Positions 14,801 through 26,300 of a stretch of 64,000 bases of DNA are shown in pieces. Positions within the stretch are counted from its first letter, which is position 1, and every line of letters starts with the position of its first letter. A model generated the notes under the pieces. The model was not told the origin of the DNA, did not search any database, and saw only the letters and a list, made by a program, of their open reading frames with translations. Position numbers and translations under genes: made by a program. Source of the stretch: Lama glama (lineage: Eukaryota); the NCBI GenBank assembly GCA_028534125.1, contig CM052818.1:8496001-8560000 (forward strand). The letters are read 5' to 3'.

Positions 14801-15899
14801 GCAATTGACATAACTTAAAAGCAGAGATCTGAAATAATGGGCTGTAAGCAGTACTTGTAAGCCAGTATTAATCCAACTGTAACCTATATATAACAAAGTA
14901 TCCAATGTCGTATCTAGGTTGTAAGGAGAAGGCTGGTATAACACAAGTGAATTCAGAAATGCTGAAACAAAGATGCTTTATGAGCAAAGGTCTAATTGGT
15001 TAGCAATATGCAGAGAATGAGCATTGCTGCTGAGTATTATTTTTTGAATGCCAGGACAGAAATTTATACACCAACAATAAAAATAACCCTATTTTGAAGG
15101 AATCTCTAGTTTAGTTATCTAAACTATCATCATAAATATTATTAAAGAACATCTGGATACTACTCAAGTGATATTTATATACTTCTCTATTTTAATAATT
15201 TATAAATATAAAGCTACATATTTTCATCATTCTATAAAGAAAATTTTAAATAGCCATTTGTATTATATTAAAAAGTCATTAAAAATTCATCTCTTACAAA
15301 GCTTAATTGAAACTAACTACAAATTTGTTATCTAACAAACTTGATACCATAACATTTAACAAACTTTTACACTTAGATATTTTAGATATTATAATTTACA
15401 ATTTTAGACTAACTTTTAAAATGAAACTAAAGCATTTCATAGCTTATTTTATTCAATAAATCTATTTGTTAAAAATATTAGCAAAGTTTACAATTAACTG
15501 AGATTTTAAACTTGAGTATGTAGCTACTATATAGACAAGATCCAAAACAGGTGATCTTATGCACTGAATTTAAATGAATAAACCAGTTGTGGCTGCTGGA
15601 TATTTTGGTCTTTCTTGTTTTGTTTTGTTTAATTACTATCAAATAACCTACCTCAGTAAAACTGATCTTTACCTAAAAAACTTCTGATTACAAATATTTT
15701 TCTTATAATAAATCAAATTCCATTTTTCTAAAACAGCTGAATTATATCCTACTTGAAGAGAAACAAAAAGCAAACACTTAAAATCATGTTATCTCAGTTG
15801 TACACATGAAACTTATCTGTTATAAACCAATGTTACCTCAATAAAAGATAAATTAAGAAAAAATTACATTATCACATACATGCAACTGCTTTACGTTGG

Positions 15900-16075
15900 T
15901 AGGCAGAACTTTAGTGTGGCAGCCAAGAAAATGAACAAATGTGAGTAGTTTGCTACTAATTAGCAATATGACTTCAGGCTAGTTAGTAGATCATGATACC
16001 TAAGTTTCCTTATCTGTAAAATGAGAGAGAACTTTATGATTTCTAAGCCTCCTTCCAACTCTAAATTTCTGTGAT
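15900..16075 (+). mobile_element. MIR SINE
   Basis: MIR core cctaagtttccttatctgtaaaatgag and 3' end ccttccaactctaaatttctgtgatct. Confidence 0.7.
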
Positions 16076-17484
16076 CTGATTATTAGAATTAAGAAAACTA
16101 CATCTGCATTAGAAAATCAGGTTCTAAAGTTATAGAATAATGTGATAGTGGGTTATAATTTAAAGAAAACAACAAAAATAGTACAACGCTAATTTGAAAT
16201 ATATTAACTATCAGAAAGCAATGCTCTCAAGTTAAATAAAAACCAGGGGCAATAACTGCATATGCTTGTGATCATTTGACGATGGTATAACAAGAAAGTT
16301 TACAAAACAAGATATTTTATTACGAATACCACTTGCAGAAATATTTAATTTTACTACAAAATCAGAAACTATCAACAAGTTACAAGAGAATTATACTGAA
16401 ATATTTTACACCTTACTTTTGAAATAGAGTTCTGTTACACTCTGTAAAACTTATAGATAAAAATTAAAAATTACTTAAAATGAGTGATCACTAAAACTAT
16501 AATATAATCAAAGTGTGTATAGGGATAGATCCTTATTTCTTTTAATAACACTTTATCAGCCACATAATGCTTACATGAACTAATACTATTTTCTGTAAAA
16601 CTGTGAAATTCTTAAAAGGTTTAATGTTCAAACATGCCATCAACAGAGATCTAATAAAATACAACTTTAAGTAAAGGCAAACAATTTATTTCCTATTACT
16701 AACCTGATACAGGTATTACTGGAATCCAATTTTCTTTCAAAGGTGTGTTTTTTCCAAAGAACATCCAACCACCCACACATTATTTAAAAAACAAAAGAAA
16801 TTTTTTAAAAAAACACTTGGTTAGAAATTGTCCCAGGACTATATTCTGACATTTTTAGCAACCTGACAAACCACTCTGTTTGCTTTTTTCTGCCAATACA
16901 AATCAAGCCAAGAAGCAGTTTCTTCATTTATTTCATCCACAAAACTACACTATGTCAGGGTAAAGGTCAGTCATCAATAATACATGCTGTTGCTACAGAT
17001 GAAATAAAAATGTTCATCTGGGCCCTGTTTCAAAGACTGACCCAATGTAACCTATTTAATAAGACCCATAAAATTAGGAGGATGTGGGAAGACCAAGAAG
17101 TATAAAATACCCCTTCCCCACCAAACTTTGTTTGCCAACATTTTATAGCAAATTAAAGAAGGTCCTTCTTAGAAAACTTCAGGTAGTCTTCACCAGAAAA
17201 GTGGATTTTTTTTTCCCCTAGTAGCTTTAAGAATCTCATGTTTTAAAAAAAGTTTGCAGGAATGTTACCCTGCAGGCATCTATGACAGCATCACGAGGTT
17301 TCAGATTTAGTGTGGGTGGCTGGATAAAGTTGGACACTGACCAGTTTTGTGCATGCTGAAAGGCACCAGGCTGGAACAGTGTATTCAGCAATTGGGTATG
17401 AGATTGCCAGTGCAGTGGGTTGGAAGATGTATGCATTGGCACTCTGTGTGGAACCAGTAGGCTTGCTGAAAAGGTTACTGCAGT

Positions 17485-18114
17485 CTTGACTTTGGCAACT
17501 GTCTTATTTAAGTGATCATGAAGAGCTAAGAGTGAGAGCCAGAGTTATATCTATGAAGATTAGAAGTTGTGCATGTTTGAGGCACTGCCTGTCCCTTAGA
17601 ATATTAGGTCCTCAGAAACAGAAAGCATGGAGTAGTCCTTTGGGTAGGGAAGGGCAAGGGAGGTTACATAACTGGGAAAGTGTCACATTTTAAAATACTT
17701 AGTTAATTTAACTCTCAATTTTCAGGGTGGCATTTAAGTTAAAACGTCAACAGATGTAATTATGTAAATGGAAGAAGCAACTCTGTAACACTTCAGTATG
17801 AATATCATCAGGTTCACAGCCCCAAGCTCTCTGTCTACTATGTATGTCTATGTCTTTTCAATGTACATTCTGAACCCTCTGCCTCCAAAAGCAGTTTGTG
17901 ATGACTACTCAGTCTCACAGAACACTTTTCATTAACGGCAACAGCCTAAGGACTTTTCTTATACCACCAAGACTACTCTGTGCTGTTCTTGACTGAATGT
18001 ATAAAGGTAGGGCAGTGCCCCAAACATGCACAACTTCTGGTCTCCACTTGTGACTCTGGATCTCACTCTTAACCCTTCACGATCACTTAAAAGACGATAG
18101 CTGTCAAAGTCAAG
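17485..18114. repeat. Long imperfect inverted repeat; core arms 17485-17589 and 18011-18114, weaker similarity inward and outward
   Basis: Left cttgactttggcaactgtcttatttaagtgatcatgaagagctaagagtgagagccagag...agaagttgtgcatgtttgaggcactgcc aligns with the reverse complement of the right arm cttgactttgacagctatcgtcttttaagtgatcgtgaagggttaagagtgagatccagag...agaagttgtgcatgtttggggcactgcc; about 80% identity by hand over about 105 bp. Confidence 0.88.
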
Positions 18115-20480
18115 CTACTTCCACAGGACAAATTCTTTTTGCAGTGACCTCTCCCACTTTTTCTACCACCACTAAATCAAGTATTTTTTTCCTCATCAGA
18201 GCTAAAATAAGGCAAGAGAGAATTATCCATGCACTGATGAGTGACGTTTCACAGACCTGTGCTGCAGCATCTAATACAGGGTCATGGTATGCCTTTAACA
18301 TCTGCAATTAGATCCTGAAATCATATGATTCTACTGGATAAAGATTAAATACTGCAGAAGTTTTTGTTAGAGATCACCTTGTTGGTGGACCTTCAGAAAC
18401 AGGCACAAAGAACTAAACACACAGTTAAGTAAAATAATTTCTTAGTAATTAAATAGAAAATAACTGTTATTCTTAATTAAACATAGGCAAAAAAGCCTCT
18501 TAAAAGCAAGTATGATAAAATTGAAAGGAAAAGTATATCGTTAAACTGGAATTTCAAGCTTTTAGATTCTAGAAACATTTCTTTTAAGTATTCTGATCTT
18601 TTAAAAACCAAGTTAGAATTTTTTTTACATAGGAAAAGTCCAGGATTATTACTCTAAATGATAGATTAATAGACATATGCAATACCCCTCCCCCACCTAC
18701 ATTATTAAAATTTATTTTTAAAAGTGGGATAATTTGATTTTTACGAAGGAAATACCACAAACACGTACTGATCATGGTAACATTTCCTAGTGGCAGAAGT
18801 TGAGTAATTTAAATAAGAGGAAATCTATAAATATTTGATATAATAAAGAAATAGAGAAGTCCACATAAATCCTAAGAAATAAACTATTTCATCAGCTACA
18901 GTATTTTTAAGCAATGTCAGAAGAATACTACAGAATTATTCTATAATTACAAAAATATTCTTAGCACGTGAAAAGAAATGATTCTAAACTGCTTACTTTA
19001 ACGAGAGGCATTGTTTAAAAATCCTTTTTCCTGACACTGAAACCAAACTGTCACTAAAAGAAAAACAGAAAAGATTCCCTGAAAGCCCTCAATCTAAAAT
19101 ACAATTAGTATTTTTAAGTAAAGAAACCACCCCATTCCATCCCCAAAATCACAACCCTGAAGAGTTGCTATTTAAATATTAGCCAGTGCTCTGTGAACCA
19201 TTTTATATTAAAATTGGATAGTTCTAAACATCACACATATAAAAAGTATTGTTTGACACAGTGCCATTTTGATGATAAATTGCAATCTATAGCTCAAATA
19301 ATTCTACCCAGGGATTAACATTTCAGAGGCTGAGCCAGAGATTATGCGTGTGGATCTTGAATTTCATCATCTCCCTTTGGCACAATAGCTTATTCTTCCT
19401 TTTTTTATCTGTTCTTTCATGAAGGGTCAGGAAAGCTTAGCCTTGCTGTTGCATTCATTTCATCTCTACATTAACCAGATACCTTGCAGTCTTTAGTTCT
19501 TCTGTGTTATTCCATTACAAATACTATACTTCACTATAGTATGGCTAATGAGGTTTGTACCAAATCAAAGGGTGCCATCAAGTGGTTACAGTACTCTAAA
19601 CAGCATTACACTAAATGACTCTTCTTGACAGATCTCCTTCCACATAGACAAACTGTGCCACTCCTCTATGAACAAACATACTAATGGGGGTAAGGAATAA
19701 AATTAACATACTGCTTTTTATTCTTTACTTTCTATCCTTCAGGGGTTGCTTTTCCGCATGTTACATTTATAAAGAACAATTTTAGAGCCAAACTTAGGAT
19801 TAATATTTATGTCAGCAGATTATCGAGTGTTATTTATTAGGCATAATTCAAGCATGGCAGCACTACTGGGAACTAAACAAATCAGTCAAAATTCATGACT
19901 AGATCAATAGGAGTTTACTTCTGAAAATAAGCAATAGTGCACATACTTAAAGAAATACAATGCCTTGTCAGATCTGTTTCCTATTCTAGTGAAAAACTGC
20001 AAGGCTATACAACAGAGCCAGTATTGTTTGATTTATTTCATGCAGCCCTTCCTAAGGTCTAACAAGGAACCTAGCAGTTGGTGTAAGGATGTATTTTCAG
20101 AAATTTAGAAAACTTTCAACAGCTAATTCAACAGGCTACAAGGGTCATTTAGGTTCTGAAGATAGGATTCTAGAACTGCTCTTGGAAAACACACACAAGA
20201 TAACATGTAATTCAAATGGGTCCACTCTACAGAGCTGGCTAAACTGCTCCTGCTTTAAACCATGCTGTGCTAGGGAGATCTTACAGGCTTAAAGCATCTT
20301 CCTAACCCTAACTATATACTTAATTCCACAGCAGAGAAAGTAAATTATTCAAGTTCATAGATTACACAAAATGCAAAAATTTAAATCGTAAAAGCTAACT
20401 TGAACTTCAGAAGATTTAAGGAGGATACGGTAGCAAAACTAAAGATCTGTATGAAGGAATTTGTTATTTCCTACACAGCT

Positions 20481-21005
20481 GCTGCAGATTGTCTCCAAAA
20501 ATATTTCTCATCACACATTTTCTTCTAGAGCCTTGCCATTCTCTCCCATCAAGTGGCGGCGTCTAATTCCCCTTCCCTTGAGTTTAGGTAGGTTTGTGAC
20601 TAGCCTGTGGCTAAGAGTGTGGGGAAGTAACACTGTAACCAATAAGGCCAGGTCAGAAAAGGTGATGCAGCTTCCCCCTGAAGAGCTGAAAGAGTCACTC
20701 CTAAAGTCTCCAGCTGCCACAAAAGCAGTTCAACTGCCCTGAAAGAAATCCAAACTAACCCATGCAGAGAGATGAAATAAGGAAGGCCTTGAGACTATAT
20801 GAAGTGAAAAAGCCCCCTCCTGTGCTCCCGTCTGATGTTCTAGCCCCGAAACACCGCCCACTACTGCATTCTGAGAGACTCCAAGCCACAGCTGCCCAAT
20901 CAAGCCCTAGCTGCCCAGCCAAGCCCTTCCCTGACCCACAAAAACTGTGAATAATTTGGACAATGACTACGATCTGATCCACTGAACTAAATCACGAGTG
21001 GTAGA
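20481..21005 (+). mobile_element. ERVL-MaLR solo LTR (MLT1 family)
   Basis: MLT1 hallmarks: ctcccatcaagtggcggcgtctaattccccttcccttgag, ggccaggtcagaaaaggtgatgcagcttcc, gcccagccaagcccttccctgacccacaaaaactgtga. Confidence 0.8.
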
Positions 21006-21485
21006 AAATGATCAAATTCTTGAGGATAGTCAGCAGACTTCAACCTGCATTGATGCACTGCTTATAACAACACTTAGCTGGTTACATATGGGAATGCAAA
21101 AGGCACAATTAACATTCAAGAAGCTCAGAGCACAGAATGATAACAACAAGCAGAAGGGTCAGAAAAATAAGACTGCCACCGCTAACAGATGAGGATGGAA
21201 TTATGTGGGTTGGAAAGAAAAAAAAGGTTTAATTCTTTTTTTTTCAGGCGTCTATATTTTTATTTTTTATAATTTTTTAAAACTTTTTTTATTGAGTAAT
21301 AGTCATTTTACAATGTTGTATCAAATTCCAGTGTAGAGCACAGTTTTTCAGTTATACATGAACATACACATATTCATTGTCACTTTTTTTTTTTTTTTGC
21401 TGTGAGCTACCACAAGATCTTGTATATATTTCCCTGTGCTATACAGTACAATCTTGTTCATCTATTCTACATATTAAAATCCCAG

Positions 21486-21585
21486 NNNNNNNNNNNNNNN
21501 NNNNNNNNNNNNNNNNNNNNNNNNNNNNNNNNNNNNNNNNNNNNNNNNNNNNNNNNNNNNNNNNNNNNNNNNNNNNNNNNNNNNN
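21486..21585. other. Assembly gap (100 N) inside the L1 3' region; true length unknown
   Basis: Run of exactly 100 N. Confidence 1.
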
Positions 21586-21945
21586 TGTACCATGTCTTCT
21601 TTATCCAGTCATCTGTCGATGGACATCTAGGCTGTTTCCATGTCTTGGCTATTGTAAATAGTGCTGCTATGAACACTGGGGTCCAGGTGTCATTCTGAAG
21701 TAAGGTTTCTTCTGGATATATGCCCAGGAGCGGGATTCCTGGGTCATATGGTAAGTCTATTCCTAGTCTTCTGAGGAATCTCCATACTGTTTTCCACAGC
21801 GGCTTTCTTTGCTTCCCTCTCCCACTTTTAATGATTTAGATGTCTTCTTTTACAATTTTGTGTTTATTCTTTTTGTAATTCATAGTAGTTATCTCCTTTC
21901 CAGTTATGAGTTTCTCATTTTTGTAGCATCCTGCTTCTTTTCTAT

Positions 21946-22848
21946 TTAGAATAGACCTGTCAATACTTCTTATAGCATGGGTTTAGTGTTGCTAAACTCT
22001 TTTAGTTTTTGCTTGTCTGTGAAGTTCTTTATCTCTCCTTCTATTCTAAAGGATAGCCTTGCTGGATAGAGTATCCTAGGCTGCATCTTTTTTTCATTCA
22101 GGACTTTGAATATATCTTGCCACTCCCTTCTGGCCTGTTGTGTTTGTGTAGAGAAATCAGCTGAAAGCCTTATGGGGGTTCCCTTGTAACTCACTCTTTG
22201 TTTTTCTCTTGCTGCCTTTAGGATCATTTCTTTATCCTTGACTCTGGCCATCTTGATTATGTTATGTCTTGGTGTGGGTCTGTTTGGGTTCTTCCTGTTT
22301 GGGACCCTCTGAGCCTCCTGTACTTGGATATCTTATTCCTTCTTTAGGTTTGGGAAGTTTTTCAGTCACGATTTCTTCAAATACCTTTTCAATCCCCTTT
22401 GTTCTTTCCTCCCCTTCTGGGACCCCTATTATGCGTAGATTGGCATGCTTTATATTATCCCATAGGTCCCTTATATTGGTTTCATTGTTTTTTATTTGTT
22501 TTTCTCTCAGCTGTTCTGTTTGGGTGCTTTCTGTTGTCCTGTCTTCTAGGTCACTTATTCGTTCCTCTTCATTATCTACTCTGCTTTGCACAGCCTTTAG
22601 GTCGGCTCTCATCTCAGCAAATGAGTTTACTAATTCTACTTGATTCTTCTTTATAGCTTCTATTTCATTTTCTGACATATTTTATAATCTCTAAACACTA
22701 TTTCTTTTAGTTTCTTCAGTACTCTGATCACCCCTTTTTTGAAATCTTGATCTAGTAGCCCATCAATGTCTATTTCCTTGATTGTGCTTTCAGGGGATTT
22801 CTCTTGATCTTTTAATTGGGAGTGGTTCCTCTGCTTCATATTGCTCAT
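21946..22848 (-). pseudogene. L1 ORF1p (RNA-binding/chaperone) coding region, full length but disrupted
   Basis: Three ORF-track pieces join into ORF1p: MSNMKQRNHSQLKDQEKSP..., ...RDLWDNIKHANLRIIGVPEGEE..., ...ILKAAREKQRVSYKGTPIRLSADFS...ARREWQDIFKVL...PRILYPARLSF. Two frameshifts (near 22680 and 22360) and in-frame stops; inferred natural TAA at 21946-21948. Confidence 0.92.
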
Positions 22849-22849
22849 G

Positions 22850-23978
22850 TCTCTCTGGCACTGTGGCCAGTGGGGGGGGCGGGGTCACTCCCTCTCCAGA
22901 TGCCGCAGTCAGGTGCTGCTCGGGCAAGGCAGGTGGGTGGATCGTGCCCCCTCCAAGCACCATAGTCAGGTGCTGCATTCCTGCCAGGAAGGTGGGTGGC
23001 CACCTGCCCTCTCCCAGCACCAGTTGCTCCGCTGCTCTGTGCAGCTGCCCGTCTGCCTCAGGTCGGCGCTCTGTAGGTGGGCTCGAGGAAGACCATGGAA
23101 CAGCCCCGCCCCTGCTCCTTGCCGAATCTCAGCTCCTTGTTTGTCTTGGTGGCGCAAGTTCTCTGAGGTGCCAGGGCTGAAAGACCCTATCTGCCTCGGG
23201 CTGTAAACAAGTCTCAGTCCTGCCTAGGAGGTTGCAGGGCCCCTGGGTGCGGTTTCAGGTCTCAGCCCCGCCCCCACCTGGGCGCTGTGCACAGGAGGAG
23301 ATGGTGGCTGTGGCTGCGCCACACCTCTCTTCTCACAAGAAGCGCCAGTAATGGCGCCGCGGGTCTGAGGAGACAAAGGCTATGGTGTCCCTCCCCCCAG
23401 GGCACACCAGCCTTGTTGCTTTGCTTTTTTCGCAATTTATGGGGTACTGAAGTTGTTCTGCTCCATATCCCCTCCCAGCCATGACACGCAGCACCCAGCA
23501 AGCCCCCCGGAGCTGCCTCAGTGCAGCTGCCCCAGTCCTCCACCCGGCTCGGGCAGCCTGCCCTGGCCCCAGCTGCCGGCTCACGTCTCAGGTTAGGTGT
23601 CGCAGGGACTCTCTGTGCCTGTTTAACTTAGTTCTGTTGGCCAAGGGGTACTCGGGGCAGATCTGAGCCTTGGAGGCTCCCCCTCCGTCCCACTGACCTC
23701 TCTGTTGGAGGGAGGAGACCCAGTGAACAAGCACTATTCTCCCTTTGCCGCTCCGCCCTGTGGGACCAGTCCCTCGCTGTTTTGTTTTTTCTTCTTGCTT
23801 TTTTCCTTTTCTCCTACCAGATTTTTGGCGTCTTTGTCTTTTGAAGAAGGTGATGTTCTGTCAGAGTTCGGCAGGTGCTCTGGTTGGCTGAGTGGGTCCG
23901 TAGATGTGAGTTTTGGTGTATTTGTGGAATAGGGTGAGCTATAAGCGTCCTTCTACTCTGCCATCTTGCTTCTACCTC
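22850..23978 (-). promoter_or_regulatory. L1 5' UTR internal promoter (GC/CpG-rich) with YY1-like site near the 5' end
   Basis: Only strongly GC/CpG-rich segment in the window; AAGATGGC on the minus strand at 23960-23967, about 12 nt from the element start, as in L1 promoters. Confidence 0.7.
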
Positions 23979-24571
23979 AAAAAAAGGTTTAATTCTTATG
24001 TGTTATTTTTGATAGGGAGTCAGATGTCCTGAAAAGACTGAATTGGTGATGCAAGATCTTATAGCTAAAGAGAAAGTTTAAAACTATTTTAGGGCAATCC
24101 ACATAAAAATGCCAGAAACCAATGTAAGAGAAAGTAGGTTGTATCAGAAAGGTAAAAGAAAGAACAGAGTCTTGAATGTGTTCTTTAATAACACAGTGAA
24201 GGAAAAAAATATTTAATTAAGGCAATCTGACTTGGAAAAATCATCTATATATCCAATTACTTTCTATATACATCTTTTCCCCTACAACCTGTCTTCACTA
24301 ACTCTTCCCCTGTGTTCTCTCTATTGCTTAAGAACAACACAAGCACCCAAATATTCAAATTAGTAATCTGGACTCCATGACATCCCTCAATTGTCAGAAC
24401 TAATTTTGAGTTAACACTAAGAACACCATCTTCTAAACAGCTATTAAATCTCTTTCCTTTTCTCTGTCTGCACCTGCTAATGCCACTGTCCTAGTTCACA
24501 CCCCTGGATGAATTAACTGCCTATCTGATCTTTAGCCCTCAGTTTTATACAACTCACTCAATTCAGGCTCT

Positions 24572-24810
24572 ATAGCAAAATTTTTTCAAACTGTAGGCTT
24601 ATGACCCATTAGTGGATCATGAAATCAACTTAGTAAGTTGCAAAATCACTTCAGTGGCTTGCAATTAGCTTTCTAAACCATCAGGAAGAAATATTAGAGT
24701 TCATCTCACAATACTAGTAAGAGTAAGATGTGTTTCATGAATTTTTGTTGTTGTTGCTATATACATAGGTGCCTATATGTGTGTACTGAATCATAATGTG
24801 AAATGTATTT
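24572..24810. mobile_element. Probable hAT-Charlie-type MER fragment nested in L2 remnants
   Basis: ttttcaaactgtaggcttatgacccattagtggatcatgaaatcaacttagt resembles hAT MER termini; flanks (about 24280-24560 and 24820-25420) look L2-like. Confidence 0.4.
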
Positions 24811-25524
24811 TTTTAGTGTTATACTGATCTTCCAAAATACAAGTCTGATCATTTTACCTCTCTGCTTAAAACTTTATTATAGCTTACTAGAATCATGGAT
24901 CAGAATCACGCAGAGTCTAAGCAAATCTGGATGTTTTACTAGACTCATAGGTGATTCTGATGGTCAGCCACGTCTGGGACTCACATGCCTCTGTGATAGA
25001 GCTCAAAGTCTACCATACAGCACACAAGGCCAGCCACTAGTGCTCATCTCTCTAGTGTTAACCCCATCTGCTCTCCCCATTTTGGGTATGAAACTGTAGC
25101 TACTTTATTTCTGCACCTTTACCACTGCTATTTCCTTTGTCCTTCTGCCAGAACCCACCCTTCTCACACAACTTTCTTGAGGGTAAACTTTTGAAAGTCT
25201 TTTAAGACATAGTTCATGTCTTAAAGCCCTCCCCATGTCTCTGACAGACACAGCCACTTCTTGACAACCTCGATGGACCTTCCACCTGCCTCTTTCCTGG
25301 CATCATCACTGTAGTCCCATCATTTGCTCACAGATCTGCCTCTCTGATTAAACCAAAAACTACTTGAGGGCTGAAACCTTGTCTTGTTACATCCCCCAAA
25401 TCTAGGAAGTAAATGCAAAAATCAATTTTATAGTACCCAGTATAGCGAAGTCCAAAAACCATTGATTCTGTGACCCAATTAAGTAGGACAATAATAGTCT
25501 CTTTTACAAAGCATTTAATCCTAT

Positions 25525-25757
25525 TCTTTTTAAAAAAAAAAACTGAGATATAATTGACATATAACATTGTATTAAGTACACAATCTAATAATATATGTAT
25601 ATATTACAAAATGACTACCACAATAAGCTTAAACATCTATCATCACACCCAGTTACAACTTTTTTTTCCATGTGATGAGACCTTTTAAGGTCTACTCTTT
25701 CAGCAGCTTTCAAATATGCGACAGAGTATTTTTAACTATAGTCACCATGCTGTACAT
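25525..25757 (-). mobile_element. L1MA-type 3' UTR fragment
   Basis: gagatataattgacatataacattgt...gtgatgagaccttttaaggtctactc...actatagtcaccatgctgtacat is the reverse complement of L1MA 3' ends. Confidence 0.8.
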
Positions 25758-26227
25758 GGTTTGAAAAAAAAAAAAGTCAGGAGAAAAATAACTTTGGACA
25801 ATACTTACAGTGTAAGAGCTAGGAAGGCATGTATTGTTGATTGCTTTGGCTAAAGACGTTTAATATATAGGCATAATGTAAATAATTATAATGATTTCTA
25901 GTGATCTAATTAAAGTTTCACACCTATTACATGCCATTTGACCACTTTTATAAACTTTTCCTTAAGTTTAATGAGAAAGGAGAAATTCTTCAAGTTTATT
26001 TTCAAACTGACTATTTTCACAAGAATGCAATAATTCAGGTTTTATAAAATCAAAGCTATTAATTCAAGATAAAAACAGGAAATGAAAGGGAAAGAAAGAA
26101 ATTGCATCAAAAAATTCTGGCTAAAGAAACTGGCAATAGAGTACCTCTCTCTATCTCACCACCCCCACACCCAACCCCCAAAGGACAGCTCTCTGCTTCT
26201 TAGCAGGCAGGGCTTATATTTAAGTCA

Positions 26228-26300
26228 TACACACACAAACACACACACACACACACAAATATATACATACATACGTACATAGACATACACATAGACAGAC
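26228..26300. repeat. Imperfect (CA)n/(TACA)n microsatellite
   Basis: Direct inspection. Confidence 0.85.

Larger units (their letters stand above)
21238..23978 (-). mobile_element. Young L1-derived element: full 5' UTR + ORF1 + short spacer + ORF2 3' tip + 3' UTR/A-rich tail (ORF2 largely absent; HAL1-like)
   Basis: Perfect 19-bp TSD aaaaaaaggtttaattctt at 21219-21237 and 23979-23997; 5' end GAGGTAGAAGCAAGATGGC; GC-rich 5' UTR; ORF1 homology; ORF2 C-terminal FIAALFTIAKTWKQPRCPSTDDWIKK; AATAAA plus A-rich tail near 21238-21293. Confidence 0.93.

Noticed and set aside
17269..17465. Possible 197-bp minus-strand exon (ttttcag ... AGG|gtaaca)
   Set aside because: Very short pyrimidine tract, weak donor, frame-shifting, and no similarity to EHBP1 protein.
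18110..18307. ILDLVVV...SDH-like motifs suggesting a CR1/L2 endonuclease remnant in the palindrome arm
   Set aside because: Only two short motifs, separated by a stop; not distinguishable from chance without a profile search.
21377..21698. ORFs spanning X runs
   Set aside because: Artefacts of the 100-N assembly gap.
22782..23932. Cluster of overlapping 60-130 aa ORFs suggesting a gene or CpG-island host promoter
   Set aside because: They lie in the GC-rich L1 5' UTR, where stop codons are scarce; no recognisable protein. An ORF0-like antisense ORF cannot be supported from sequence alone.
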